Shown: one piece after another, positions 28,225 through 37,434 of the stretch
How the letters are laid out: the number at the start of each line of letters is the position of its first letter
Position numbering within the stretch: the first letter of the stretch is position 1
Made by a program: the position numbers and the translations under genes
Notes under the pieces: model-generated
The model's database searches: none
Seen by the model: the letters and a program-made list of their open reading frames with translations, nothing else
What the model was told of the DNA's origin: nothing
Source of the DNA: an uncultured Methylococcaceae bacterium
GTDB lineage: Bacteria > Pseudomonadota > Gammaproteobacteria > Methylococcales > UBA1147
Length of the DNA stretch: 64,000 nt
Direction of reading: 5' to 3'
Assembly: GCA_964528035.1 (NCBI GenBank)
Contig: CAZGQY010000001.1
Location: 5,084-69,083, forward strand

Positions 28225-29255
28225 TATTGTATTAGCGCTTTTATATGTTGGACAGCATCCTGCCATTTCTTACTTCCCACAGGATCTGAGTATTTGGGAA
28301 CCTTGGCACACATTGACTCGAGGCGTTTGTTGCGTTCAGTCGTAGAGTATTCTGCAACGACATCCAAGACGCTTTCTGCAGATCCGGGACTGTTGCATAT
28401 CAATACCATATCACAACCGGCCCCAAGGGCCAGACGAACTCTATCGGTATAGGTTCCAGCGAATTCTGCACCTGCCATACTTAAATCATCACTAAATATA
28501 ACACCCTCAAAGCCAAGCTGATCACGTAACACGGTTTTTAGCCAATACTCCGAAAAGCCTGCCGGCATTTTATCAACACTGGAATACACAACATGAGCCG
28601 GCATTATTGCCTCCAAACCTTGATCAATCATAGCTTTAAACGGCTGAATATCGCAGGCCATGAGTTCTTCATAGTTTCGATCATCGATCGGTAAAGCCAA
28701 ATGAGAATCCAGAGCAACACCCCCATGACCAGGAAAATGCTTACCCACCGCTGACATTCCAGCCTGCTGCATACCCTTGCGGAAACCACTGGCACATTCA
28801 GCAACCCGCTCAGGTAATTTTGCGAACGAACGGTCACCGATAATGGTACTCACTCCAAAATCGACATCAAGCACCGGCGCAAAACTAAAATCGACACCCA
28901 CCGAGCACAGCTCAACCGCCATCAGCCAACCGGCCGATTCAGTCAGCGTCCGTAATTGCGTTGGGTCATTTAAACTGGCCTCTGCAAAACAAGCCGCAGC
29001 GGGCAAACGCGTAAACTCTGATTGAAACCGCTGCACTCTACCACCTTCCTGATCGACAGCAATCAAAAATCTGGCGCCTCGAATATCACGCACTTCACGA
29101 ATCAAAGAAGAAACCTGATCAATGGATTGGTAATTTCGGCTAAACAGAATTATGCCACCGACACCCGGATGAGCAAGCATCAATTTTTCATGACCGGTCA
29201 ATACGTATCCCTCAAGATCCATCATTAATGGTCCTATTGGTAAATCTGTACCCAT
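28224..29255 (-). CDS. nagZ: beta-N-acetylhexosaminidase NagZ (GH3)
   Basis: 343-aa ORF with IAVDQEGGRVQRF, KHFPGHG and IFSDDLSMAGA, which are GH3 NagZ signatures. Confidence 0.9.
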   Translation of the reverse strand: MGTDLPIGPLMMDLEGYVLTGHEKLMLAHPGVGGIILFSRNYQSIDQVSSLIREVRDIRGARFLIAVDQEGGRVQRFQSEFTRLPAAACFAEASLNDPTQLRTLTESAGWLMAVELCSVGVDFSFAPVLDVDFGVSTIIGDRSFAKLPERVAECASGFRKGMQQAGMSAVGKHFPGHGGVALDSHLALPIDDRNYEELMACDIQPFKAMIDQGLEAIMPAHVVYSSVDKMPAGFSEYWLKTVLRDQLGFEGVIFSDDLSMAGAEFAGTYTDRVRLALGAGCDMVLICNSPGSAESVLDVVAEYSTTERNKRLESMCAKVPKYSDPVGSKKWQDAVQHIKALIQ

Positions 29256-29443
29256 ACCACCCCTTTTCGAAAAATATTGAAAAAAAATTGATCTATAATC
29301 TTACTGAAGCGGTACGAAGCTGTCCAAGGGAGCCATGAAAAACTAATCGTTAGTAGAATTTTCATATTGGAGCAGGATTCAAACACCCGCCCATTCTAAT
29401 CGTCGAATATACCGCAACTTTTAATTTAATTCTGGAGACTTCA

Positions 29444-29833
29444 ATGCGCAAACTGGTTCTTATTTTGAGTATGCTTTTTATTGTTGGTATCGTGCAGGCG
29501 GAAGATGATGCAGAAGCCGAACCTGTTGCATATTTACCCCTGGAACCTAATATAATGGTTAATTTACAGGGACGCAGAACCTATCTTCGCGCTGCAGTGC
29601 AAATTATGGTCGACAACGCAGAACATGCGGAAAAAATAAAAATACATCTACCAGCCGTCCGTCATGCATTAATCATGATGGTTAGCGAATACTCATCAGA
29701 CCAATTGAGCTCGATGGAACAAAGAGAAGAATTTCGCAAAAAAGCGCTAGAGGAAGCCAAAACAATTTTGGACAAATACGCCAGCAGCAAGGGCCTGAAT
29801 GATCTGTTTTTTACAGAATTTCTGGTTCAATGA
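29444..29833 (+). CDS. FliL-family protein (orphan, outside any flagellar cluster in this window)
   Basis: 129 aa. It has an N-terminal signal/anchor. The rest is collinear with the FliL C-terminal domain from memory (YLPLEPNIMVNL..RTYLRAAVQIMV..LPAVRHALIMMVS..DLFFTEFLVQ). Confidence 0.6.
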   Translation: MRKLVLILSMLFIVGIVQAEDDAEAEPVAYLPLEPNIMVNLQGRRTYLRAAVQIMVDNAEHAEKIKIHLPAVRHALIMMVSEYSSDQLSSMEQREEFRKKALEEAKTILDKYASSKGLNDLFFTEFLVQ

Positions 29834-29888
29834 CACTGGAAACAACTTTTTCCAGCTCATTTTGGCCTCAGTCGGAGAAACAGTAGAT

Positions 29889-30050
29889 AGGAGCGAGGAT
29901 TCAATAATATACGAATCTTGACTTGTCTTATTGTCCGTCTTCTGCGTTGTAGCAACAGTTGCGTAGCCCGGCTATGCGCCTGTTGCTTCGCCTTCAAGAC
30001 AAACAATAATCCTGCGTCTATCTTTCGCATATTACTAAAACCTCGCTCCT
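29889..30050. repeat. 162-bp imperfect palindrome (long hairpin-forming element)
   Basis: The 10-bp termini are perfect: aggagcgagg (29889-29898) / cctcgctcct (30041-30050). Further complementary blocks are taatat-cgaa, ttattgt..gtctt, gcaacag (29952-29958) / ctgttgc (29980-29986) and gcgtagcc/ggctatgc at the centre. The symmetry axis is at ~29969/29970. Confidence 0.6.
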
Positions 30051-30192
30051 TAGCAACAAAAATGTTACCGCAGCACATACATCAATGGTTTCACTCACCC
30101 TGAACAATCTATAAGTTAGTCCCTCACAATAGAAAAAATATAATGCATCCTCGTATTCGAGGACTCCGGCTGACAAACACTTAAGCGATCAA

Positions 30193-31291
30193 TCACAACC
30201 CGCTTTTTAAGCTGGCTTCGATAAACTGATCCAGATCACCGTCCAGCACAGCCTGGGTATTGCCAGTTTCCACATTTGTGCGTAAATCCTTAATTCGGGA
30301 TTGATCCAGTACATAGGAGCGTATTTGACTACCCCACCCTATGTCCGACTTGGTCTCTTCCAGTTGCTGTTGCTCAGCATTGCGCTTCAAAGTTTCCAAT
30401 TCATAGAGTTTCGCCTTCAGTTGTTTCATCGCCGTCGCACGATTTTTATGCTGCGAACGATCATTTTGGCATTGTACAACCGTGTTGGTAGGAAGATGTG
30501 TAATTCGCACTGCAGATTCCGTACGGTTGACATGTTGCCCCCCTGCTCCACTGGCTCGATAGACATCAATACGCAAATCCGCCGGATTAATATCAATATC
30601 AATGTCGTCATCAACTTCAGGCGAACAGAACACAGCAGCAAATGAAGTATGGCGTCGATTTCCGGAATCAAACGGTGATTTACGCACTAAACGGTGGACA
30701 CCGATTTCAGTCCGTAACCAGCCAAAAGCGTAGTCACCCTCAAACTTTACAGTGGCACTTTTTATACCCGCCACTTCACCGTCTGAAGCTTCTATAAGCT
30801 CGGTTTTAAAGCCTCTGCGCTCGCCCCACCGCAAGTACATACGCAATAACATTTCCGCCCAATCCTGTGCCTCGGTACCGCCGGATCCTGATTGGATATC
30901 CAAAAACGCGTTACTGGCATCCATTTCTCCGGAGAACATTCGCCGAAACTCCAACACAGCAACACGTGATTCACAAACCGCCAAATCCTGTACAATGGTA
31001 TCCACGGTCTGGCTATCATCTTCTTCACGCGCCATCTCCAGCAATTCCTGGGCATCGATCACAGCCTGATCCAGTTCTAATATGGTATTTACCACCAATT
31101 CCAGTTGTCCACGCTCCCTGCCCAAAGATTGTGCTTGTTCAGGATTATTCCAGATTCCGGGATCTTCAAGCTCTCTCAGAACTTCCGTTAGACGTTCCTT
31201 TTTCAGATCAAAGTCAAAGATACCCCCTTAACGCATCACAACGATTTTTCAGGTTGGTAATAGAGTTGTATATGGGATTAAGTTCTTGCAT
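30193..31291 (-). CDS. prfB: peptide chain release factor 2, with programmed +1 frameshift
   Basis: Frame 0 runs from ATG 31291 ([25 protein letters not shown]) to the in-frame TGA at 31216-31214. The mRNA reads AGGGGG TAT CTT TGA C, the classical RF2 shift site with an upstream SD-like element. The +1 frame from GAC 31215 continues [36 protein letters not shown]... to the stop at 30193 (25 + 340 codons). The SPF and GGQ motifs are present. Confidence 0.95.
31211..31230 (-). promoter_or_regulatory. RF2 autoregulatory +1 frameshift site
   Basis: The minus-strand sequence is taAGGGGGtatCTTTGAC. The CTT codon is at 31219-31217 and the TGA at 31216-31214. Confidence 0.9.
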
Positions 31292-31508
31292 TATTCGCTA
31301 TAAAATATCAACCCAGACAAGAGAGTCTGGCAGTAGAAACCATGACGGGTGAGCAAGCATAGCATAAAATGCCGAAAACCCGACGCCAAATATTACTCAA
31401 TTTCGACTGTCCGCAAATGCTTCGCAGTTTCTTGAAAAGCCTTCCATGACTCACACATGACCGCAACTCATTAATGGAATTCCACCCGATTTATTCAAAT
31501 ACCTGATT

Positions 31509-32906
31509 ATGGAATACTTACCGATATTTCTCAGACTATCCGGCCGCAACTGTCTTGTTGTGGGAGGTGGAGAGGTTGCCGCCAGAAAAGTCTCTTTGCT
31601 ACTCAAAGCAGGCGCTCGCGTTACCGTATTGGCGCCGGAGCTTGGATCATCATTAACTCAATTTTTACTGGATAATAAAATCACTCATTTGCAAAAATTG
31701 TTTTCCTTCGAAGATGTTCGCGGCTACTGCGTGGTGGTCTCTGCAACCAACAGTAGCCAGATAAATTCAGATGTTGCTGAGGCTGCAAATCACCATGATA
31801 TTGCCGTCAACGTGGTCGACAAACCCGAATCCTGCAGTTTTATTTTTCCTTCAATTATCGATCGTTCTCCAGTAATCGCAGCCATCTCTACAGGTGGCGC
31901 CTCGCCGGTGTTAGCTCGAATGTTGAGAGAACGCCTGGAAAGCCTGATACCCTCCGCCTATGGAAAACTGGCCACCCTGGTTCGTGAGTACAGGCAAAAG
32001 GTAAAGGATACAGTCAATAATCCGGATCGGCGACGCGAATTCTGGGAATCAACGCTTCAGGGACATATTGCCGAATTGGTATATTCCGGGCAAGAACCAC
32101 AAGCACGTGATGAGTTGGATAAACAATTGCAAAATTATGCCGGGCCACAGACACGTTCGGGCGCAGTTTATCTGGTCGGCGCCGGCCCAGGAGACCCCGA
32201 TTTGCTTACATTTCGAGCCCTTAGACTCATGCAGCAGGCTGATGTTGTAGTCTACGATCGCCTGGTCTCTCCTGCGGTTCTCGATTTGGTACGCCGTGAT
32301 GCCGAAAAAATATATGCAGGAAAAAAACGCAGTCAACACACAATCCCCCAGGAAAAAATCAACGATCTGTTAGCCCGTCACGCGAAACAAGGCAAGCAGG
32401 TCGTACGTTTAAAAGGAGGCGACCCGTTTATCTTTGGTCGCGGCGGTGAAGAGATTGAAACTCTAATGCAACAAGGCATCGCTTTTCAGGTAATCCCCGG
32501 CATTACAGCAGCTTCAGGTTGTGCATCCTATGCCGGTATCCCTTTAACGCACCGGGACTACGCACAATCGTGCGCCTTCGTAACCGGCCACCTAAAAAAT
32601 GGCGACATAGATCTAAACTGGGCGCAACTGGTCGTCGAAAATCAAACACTGGTCATCTATATGGGCCTGCTGGGCCTGAGAAAACTGTGTCAGGCACTGA
32701 TTGACCACGGCGCAAATCCGACATTACCTGCTGCATTGGTTGAACGGGGCACTACCGCCACACAGCGGGTTTTTTGCTCAACTCTGGAAACACTGGCGGA
32801 CAAAATTGAAACTGCCAATGTGAAAGCACCGACATTAATCATCGTCGGCGAAGTGGTTAATTTACACTCCAAACTGGCATGGTTCAAGGGAGAAAATAGA
32901 CAGTAA
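31509..32906 (+). CDS. cysG: siroheme synthase (uroporphyrinogen-III methyltransferase / precorrin-2 dehydrogenase / ferrochelatase)
   Basis: 465-aa ORF collinear with E. coli CysG from memory (LPIFLRLSGRNCLVVGGGEVAARK, VYLVGAGPGDPDLLT, RLKGGDPFIFGRGGEE, PGITAASGCASYAGIPLTHRDYAQS). Confidence 0.9.
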   Translation: MEYLPIFLRLSGRNCLVVGGGEVAARKVSLLLKAGARVTVLAPELGSSLTQFLLDNKITHLQKLFSFEDVRGYCVVVSATNSSQINSDVAEAANHHDIAVNVVDKPESCSFIFPSIIDRSPVIAAISTGGASPVLARMLRERLESLIPSAYGKLATLVREYRQKVKDTVNNPDRRREFWESTLQGHIAELVYSGQEPQARDELDKQLQNYAGPQTRSGAVYLVGAGPGDPDLLTFRALRLMQQADVVVYDRLVSPAVLDLVRRDAEKIYAGKKRSQHTIPQEKINDLLARHAKQGKQVVRLKGGDPFIFGRGGEEIETLMQQGIAFQVIPGITAASGCASYAGIPLTHRDYAQSCAFVTGHLKNGDIDLNWAQLVVENQTLVIYMGLLGLRKLCQALIDHGANPTLPAALVERGTTATQRVFCSTLETLADKIETANVKAPTLIIVGEVVNLHSKLAWFKGENRQ

Positions 32907-32998
32907 CTGCCGGTGTTGGAAGTTGCTATAGAGCACTCTCTGTAAAACGCCCGGTATGATTTTCTCAGGATCGACCACTCAGCCTGCAAAAAATAGCC

Positions 32999-34141
32999 TT
33001 ATAACTTTTCGATTATATCTTCATACTCTCTAGCCACATTTTCCAGAAAATAAGGCTCAAGCACTGCAGAATAATCTGATTTTGGATAGCTCTTATGGCA
33101 TAGTGTGCGCTGCAACGATAGCGACAGACTCGCTATATTCCCTGAAGAAAAAACATCCACACACTTTAAAGATCCTAACTTTTCGCTCATTGAACCTGAG
33201 CAATCTGACAAAATAATTTTTGGTACCTTCATTGCCATGGCTTCTAATAAAACCAATGGCTGCCCTTCCCAAAGAGAACTCAAAATAAAAACATCAGCCG
33301 CATCAAAGTAAGGATAGGGATTTGAGAGCCTTCCGGTGAAAAATACACTTTTTTCCAATCCCAGCGAAGAAACCATGCCCTTAAGTTTCGGAGCAAGTTC
33401 TCCGTCACCAACAATAACGAGCTTGGCTACACGGCTTGAGTCGGTACTGGCAAAGGCATTTATCAATAACTGAAGACCCTTTGCTTTCGTTAATCGCCCC
33501 ACGAAGAGAAGATTTACCCTGGGGTCTTCACTGATTATCTTCTCAACGTCGGATACCCCGGCCTTAGCCAAAACACTTTTGATTTCTACTGGATTTGGGA
33601 TTACTGTCATAGCAGCGCTATTCAACCGATTTCCGAGTCTGCCGGACAGGTCTCTGTGCACATCATCCGAAACAGAGACAATAGAGTCTGCTTTCGGGTA
33701 TAGAAAACGCATCAACCAAGTGATCAACTTTGATGGCCGATTGGCCTGTGTTGACGCCTCTACGATAATGACAGGAACATGGGCACGAGTTATAGTTTTT
33801 ACCAACAATAACAATAAGTTTGTTCCAGTCAGTGTTGATATAAAGACACTATCAGGACTTTTTTTGATGACCCAGGCTAATGAAAAAGCAGCAAGCAATA
33901 CGCCAGGAAACAAATGTTTTATACTGGAAAAACATAAGGGCTTAAAGCTTAGCCCCTTACTCATTTGAATCCTCAGATCCCCACGATTCAGAAGTGAGTG
34001 AAGTACCACAGAGTAGCCTCGCCTGCTTAAACATTCAGCGATTTGCAGAAAGGCTTTCTCTCCGCCTCCAGTATCCAGACTCGGAAGAAGAAAATGAAGC
34101 TTTCTTGCATCACATTCTTTTTGGCTACACCTATTCATCAA
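32999..34141 (-). CDS. GT4-family glycosyltransferase
   Basis: 380-aa ORF. The N-terminal region is LPSLDTGGGEKAF. The C-terminal EX7E region is SSLWEGQPLVLLEAMA. Confidence 0.75.
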   Translation of the reverse strand: MMNRCSQKECDARKLHFLLPSLDTGGGEKAFLQIAECLSRRGYSVVLHSLLNRGDLRIQMSKGLSFKPLCFSSIKHLFPGVLLAAFSLAWVIKKSPDSVFISTLTGTNLLLLLVKTITRAHVPVIIVEASTQANRPSKLITWLMRFLYPKADSIVSVSDDVHRDLSGRLGNRLNSAAMTVIPNPVEIKSVLAKAGVSDVEKIISEDPRVNLLFVGRLTKAKGLQLLINAFASTDSSRVAKLVIVGDGELAPKLKGMVSSLGLEKSVFFTGRLSNPYPYFDAADVFILSSLWEGQPLVLLEAMAMKVPKIILSDCSGSMSEKLGSLKCVDVFSSGNIASLSLSLQRTLCHKSYPKSDYSAVLEPYFLENVAREYEDIIEKL

Positions 34142-34437
34142 TAAAGTTGCTCATTCCTTTTCACTGTCAATATAGCAACGAAAGTAATTTTCTAATTCAT
34201 CTTCCTGACCCTATCAAACAATAACAGTGCGCGTCGACTTTTACCCATACCTTGTCATCTTAAACCCGACAATCAAAGATACGATTCAAACTTTATTACA
34301 TTATAGGGAGTATTGATACTGCACCTCATTGTCCCGCATGAATCTTATGGGATGCAGAAAATCTCTGCCAACAAAATCCTACCAACCGAAGCCACCTCTT
34401 CATATATCGAATCTGACAAATATAATTTCATCACTGC

Positions 34438-34464
34438 TGTAACCTTTTTGACTGACGAAACGTA
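34438..34464 (+). promoter_or_regulatory. ECF-sigma-type promoter candidate upstream of the spondin_N-like gene
   Basis: TGTAAC (34438-34443), a 17-nt spacer, then CGTA (34461-34464), 36 nt before ATG 34500. It resembles the AAC / CGT architecture of ECF promoters (for example TGAAAC-N16-CGTA for B. subtilis sigma-W). Confidence 0.3.
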
Positions 34465-34499
34465 TCTGTATCGCATTTTGTCAAAAAGAGGAGAAAACA

Positions 34500-35180
34500 A
34501 TGCAGTTTAGAAATATTTTGTTTATTGTACTGGCGTTATTCACAATGCAGGCTCAAGCCTCAGGTTCCGTCAAATACAAAGTCACAGTTACAAATATTAC
34601 CAAAGGACAAACATTTACACCCCAGCTGGTCACCACACATCGGCGATCAGTCAAATTATTTACTCTAGGTGAAGCAGCAGGAGAAGCCTTTGAGATCCTT
34701 GCCGAAGCTGGCAATACTGGCCCACTCAGCGATGAACTGAATGCGCTCACTTATAAAGTCGGCTCAGTAGACACCATTCCTGGTTTACTCGGTCCGGGTC
34801 AGTCTTCATCGATAACCATCGAAACTCGCCGCCACTACAGGCATCTGAGTTTTGCCGCGATGCTTATTCCTACCAATGATACGGTTGCCGCACTGAATGG
34901 TGTACGTTTGCCTCGTCGAGGGACTCGAGTATATACCGTCATCGCTCACGATGCAGGAACTGAATTTAATGACCAAAATTGTTTAAATATTCCCGGACCT
35001 CGCTGCAAAGGTGCTGATCACTCTCCCGGACCCAACGATAGTGACGAAGGGTTTGTATATGTCAGCAATGGATTCCACGACATTGGCACCGAGGATGCCG
35101 AAGGCAATGAAATTCTTGGCCCCGATGTTTATGACTGGCGGAACCCGGTTGCAAGAGTAGTAATAACAAGAGTACGATAG
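34500..35180 (+). CDS. secreted spondin_N-like domain protein
   Basis: ATG 34500 with AGAGGAG upstream and a signal peptide (ALFTMQAQA/SG). The mature part follows the spondin N-terminal domain pattern as I recall it (YKVTVTNITKGQTFTPQL, AEAGNTGPL, FAAMLIPTNDTVAAL, HDAGTEFNDQNC). Confidence 0.65.
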   Translation: MQFRNILFIVLALFTMQAQASGSVKYKVTVTNITKGQTFTPQLVTTHRRSVKLFTLGEAAGEAFEILAEAGNTGPLSDELNALTYKVGSVDTIPGLLGPGQSSSITIETRRHYRHLSFAAMLIPTNDTVAALNGVRLPRRGTRVYTVIAHDAGTEFNDQNCLNIPGPRCKGADHSPGPNDSDEGFVYVSNGFHDIGTEDAEGNEILGPDVYDWRNPVARVVITRVR

Positions 35181-35197
35181 CTCGTTTTTAGCATTAT

Positions 35198-35230
35198 CTG
35201 CGGGTTATGAGTCCATAACCCGCAGTTTTA
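35198..35230 (+). terminator. rho-independent terminator after the spondin_N-like gene
   Basis: A perfect 12-bp stem, ctgcgggttatg / cataacccgcag, with the 4-nt loop agtc, followed by TTTTA. It lies 18 nt after the stop codon. Confidence 0.75.
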
Positions 35231-35411
35231 ACGAGGGCTGCCACCAATTAGCTATCGAAACTTCGGACAAGCATTCAAGACTGTCCAATTTTTTTTAGCC
35301 TTTTAACTGCTGCATACATCCTGACCAGAAATTGTAAAACAGTTTTGAGTATGAAACTTTTCCGCCAGCCCTGGGGAAAATAAAGTTATTGACGAACAAC
35401 GCTGGACTCAG

Positions 35412-35912
35412 TTGATGGGCAAAGCTCAACTGGGAGATGAACAGGCATACAGAATTTTACTGGTAGAACTGGGAGAAGTGATCTCAGCTTACCTTCATGC
35501 CAGATTTGGTCGCCTGGATTTTGTAGAAGATTGCGTACAGGAATGCCTCATAGCAATCCACTGTGCCCGCCATACGTACGATACTGGTCGCCCCTTTCGA
35601 CCATGGTTGTTTGCACTTGTGCGAAACAAAGCTATCGATATGTTGCGCAAACAACAAAATTATCGGTCTTTAATTGGAAAAAGCCAGATAAATCACAAAC
35701 TGAACGACTCATTCGATACTATAGTTAACAGGGGAAGCGTATTCGCTGCATTGAAACCGGAACACAGGGAAGTACTGACCTTAACGAAAATAATAGGCTT
35801 AAGTACCGCAGAGGCCGCTAAAAAACTTAACGTCTCTGAAAGCACAATAAAAGTCAGGGTACATAGAGCCATTAAAGCAAGTCGAAAAATTCTAGAGGCT
35901 GAATGTCGATGA
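35412..35912 (+). CDS. ECF-type RNA polymerase sigma factor
   Basis: 166-aa ORF. Region 2 is FVEDCVQECLIAIHCARHTYDTGRPFRPWLFALVRNKAIDMLRK. The region 4 HTH is LTLTKIIGLSTAEAAKKLNVSESTIKVRVHRA. The start is uncertain (TTG 35412 or ATG 35415). Confidence 0.85.
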   Translation: MMGKAQLGDEQAYRILLVELGEVISAYLHARFGRLDFVEDCVQECLIAIHCARHTYDTGRPFRPWLFALVRNKAIDMLRKQQNYRSLIGKSQINHKLNDSFDTIVNRGSVFAALKPEHREVLTLTKIIGLSTAEAAKKLNVSESTIKVRVHRAIKASRKILEAECR

Positions 35913-36577
35913 CTGACAGAGACAGACTGGCACTTATTCAATCACTGAGCAAAAATTTAAACCCAATAAAGAAACCCGGTAATATTCTTATAGCTTCGGG
36001 AATCTGGTTACTGGTCAGTTGGTTGTACGTTATATTCGCAGCCATCCAGATCGGCCCGATACGCGTCGGCGCTTTACAGGCTTTAACTCAGTCCTCGCAC
36101 TTTGCACTGGAATCCACTACCGGACTAATGGTCAGTGGTTTATTTTGTCTACTTGCCTTTCGTGAATCAATACCCGGTCGTGATAACGACCAGATCATGT
36201 GGCTCGCCATCTTAGTCGCTGCAGTCTGGGTGGGTATCCACATAATTGGCATCATCACTCCCGCGTTGGAACCTTCAATGGAGGGCAAACGCGCCCATTG
36301 TGTGATGGAAGCGTTTTTTTACAGTATCCCTCCATTGTTATTAGGTTATTCCTGGATTTTTCGACGTTATCCACTTAATACTATTCGCACTGGCGTATAT
36401 TTGGGTATCAGCGCCGGTGCAATTCCCGCATTACTGATGCAATTCGCATGCATGTACAAGCCAATGCATATCCTAAGTCACCACATCGCACCCATTATGG
36501 TAATCACACTGATTGGTGCTTTGACAGGAGTTTTGTTTAGCAAGAAAACACCTTCGCCATCCACTTTGAGCGAATAA
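35903..36577 (+). CDS. NrsF-like (DUF1109) polytopic anti-sigma factor
   Basis: Its start overlaps the sigma gene stop (ATG 35903, or ATG 35909 as an ATGA overlap). It has about six TM helices. The N-terminal MTDRDRLALIQSL..NLNPIK and the conserved Cys contexts (AHCVMEAFFYSIPP, MQFACMY) fit the DUF1109 pattern as I recall it. Confidence 0.6.
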   Translation: MSMTDRDRLALIQSLSKNLNPIKKPGNILIASGIWLLVSWLYVIFAAIQIGPIRVGALQALTQSSHFALESTTGLMVSGLFCLLAFRESIPGRDNDQIMWLAILVAAVWVGIHIIGIITPALEPSMEGKRAHCVMEAFFYSIPPLLLGYSWIFRRYPLNTIRTGVYLGISAGAIPALLMQFACMYKPMHILSHHIAPIMVITLIGALTGVLFSKKTPSPSTLSE

Positions 36578-36612
36578 AACAATTTAAAAAGTCCGGCTAC
36601 AGAAAATTCAAC

Positions 36613-37332
36613 ATGCTTTCCGAATTTAAACAAACCTGCAAAGTCATTTTGCATAGATTCCCGTTCCTTAGAACAGTGTTAGGACCACTATACGGGAACA
36701 GGAAAACCAATACAGTCAGTAAAAACATCCGGGGATCAAATAATTCAGTCAGCTACTCAAATTCCAACATGGAATCTGTTGTTTTTGACATTATAGGCAA
36801 TGGCAACCAAATTGTTATTGGAGAAGCGTGCACCTTGAATTCTATTACTTTTTTTATTCGAGGTGACAACCATAGAATTCAGATCGGGAAAAACTGCCGA
36901 TTCAGTAATGGCGGTAATTTGTGGATGGAAGACACCGGTGGTCAACTTGAGATCGGTGACCAATGCAGTTTTGTCAGCGTTCTTCTGGCCGTTACGGAAC
37001 CAGATAGTAAAATTATCATTGGCAACGATTGTATGTTTGCCTCAGATATTGATGTACGTACCGGAGATTCACATGCAATAATCGATTTGGAGACTAATGA
37101 AAGAATAAATCCTGCGAAAAATGTGACTATAGGCAATCAGGTTTGGGTTGCCGCCCATTGTATTATTCTAAAAGGTGTGAATATCCCAGATAACTCAGTC
37201 ATTGCCTCAGGTTCCGTAGTTACCAGATACTTCAGCAAAACCTCTACCATAATCGGTGGAAATCCAGCAAAAGTAATCAAACAAGGAATCCGATGGTCAA
37301 GAAACCGACACACACCACCCGGAGGCTCATAG
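36613..37332 (+). CDS. hexapeptide-repeat (left-handed beta-helix) acyltransferase
   Basis: 239-aa ORF with imperfect hexapeptide repeats (IGNDCMFASDIDVRTGDSH, IGNQVWVAAHCIILKGVNIPDNSVIASGSVV, IIGGNPAKVIK). Confidence 0.7.
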   Translation: MLSEFKQTCKVILHRFPFLRTVLGPLYGNRKTNTVSKNIRGSNNSVSYSNSNMESVVFDIIGNGNQIVIGEACTLNSITFFIRGDNHRIQIGKNCRFSNGGNLWMEDTGGQLEIGDQCSFVSVLLAVTEPDSKIIIGNDCMFASDIDVRTGDSHAIIDLETNERINPAKNVTIGNQVWVAAHCIILKGVNIPDNSVIASGSVVTRYFSKTSTIIGGNPAKVIKQGIRWSRNRHTPPGGS

Positions 37333-37434
37333 AAGACTCTCGGAGAATATTTTTGCCTAACACGGATAAAAAAACCTGAAAATAATCTAAGCTGAAAGGA
37401 CTGGTTTTCATGAAACCTCTTATCTTTTACTTTC

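Noticed and set aside
34313-34510. A 65-aa ORF upstream of the spondin_N-like gene.
   Set aside because: It overlaps the promoter/SD region of the downstream gene, begins with a non-ATG start, and has no SD or recognisable features.
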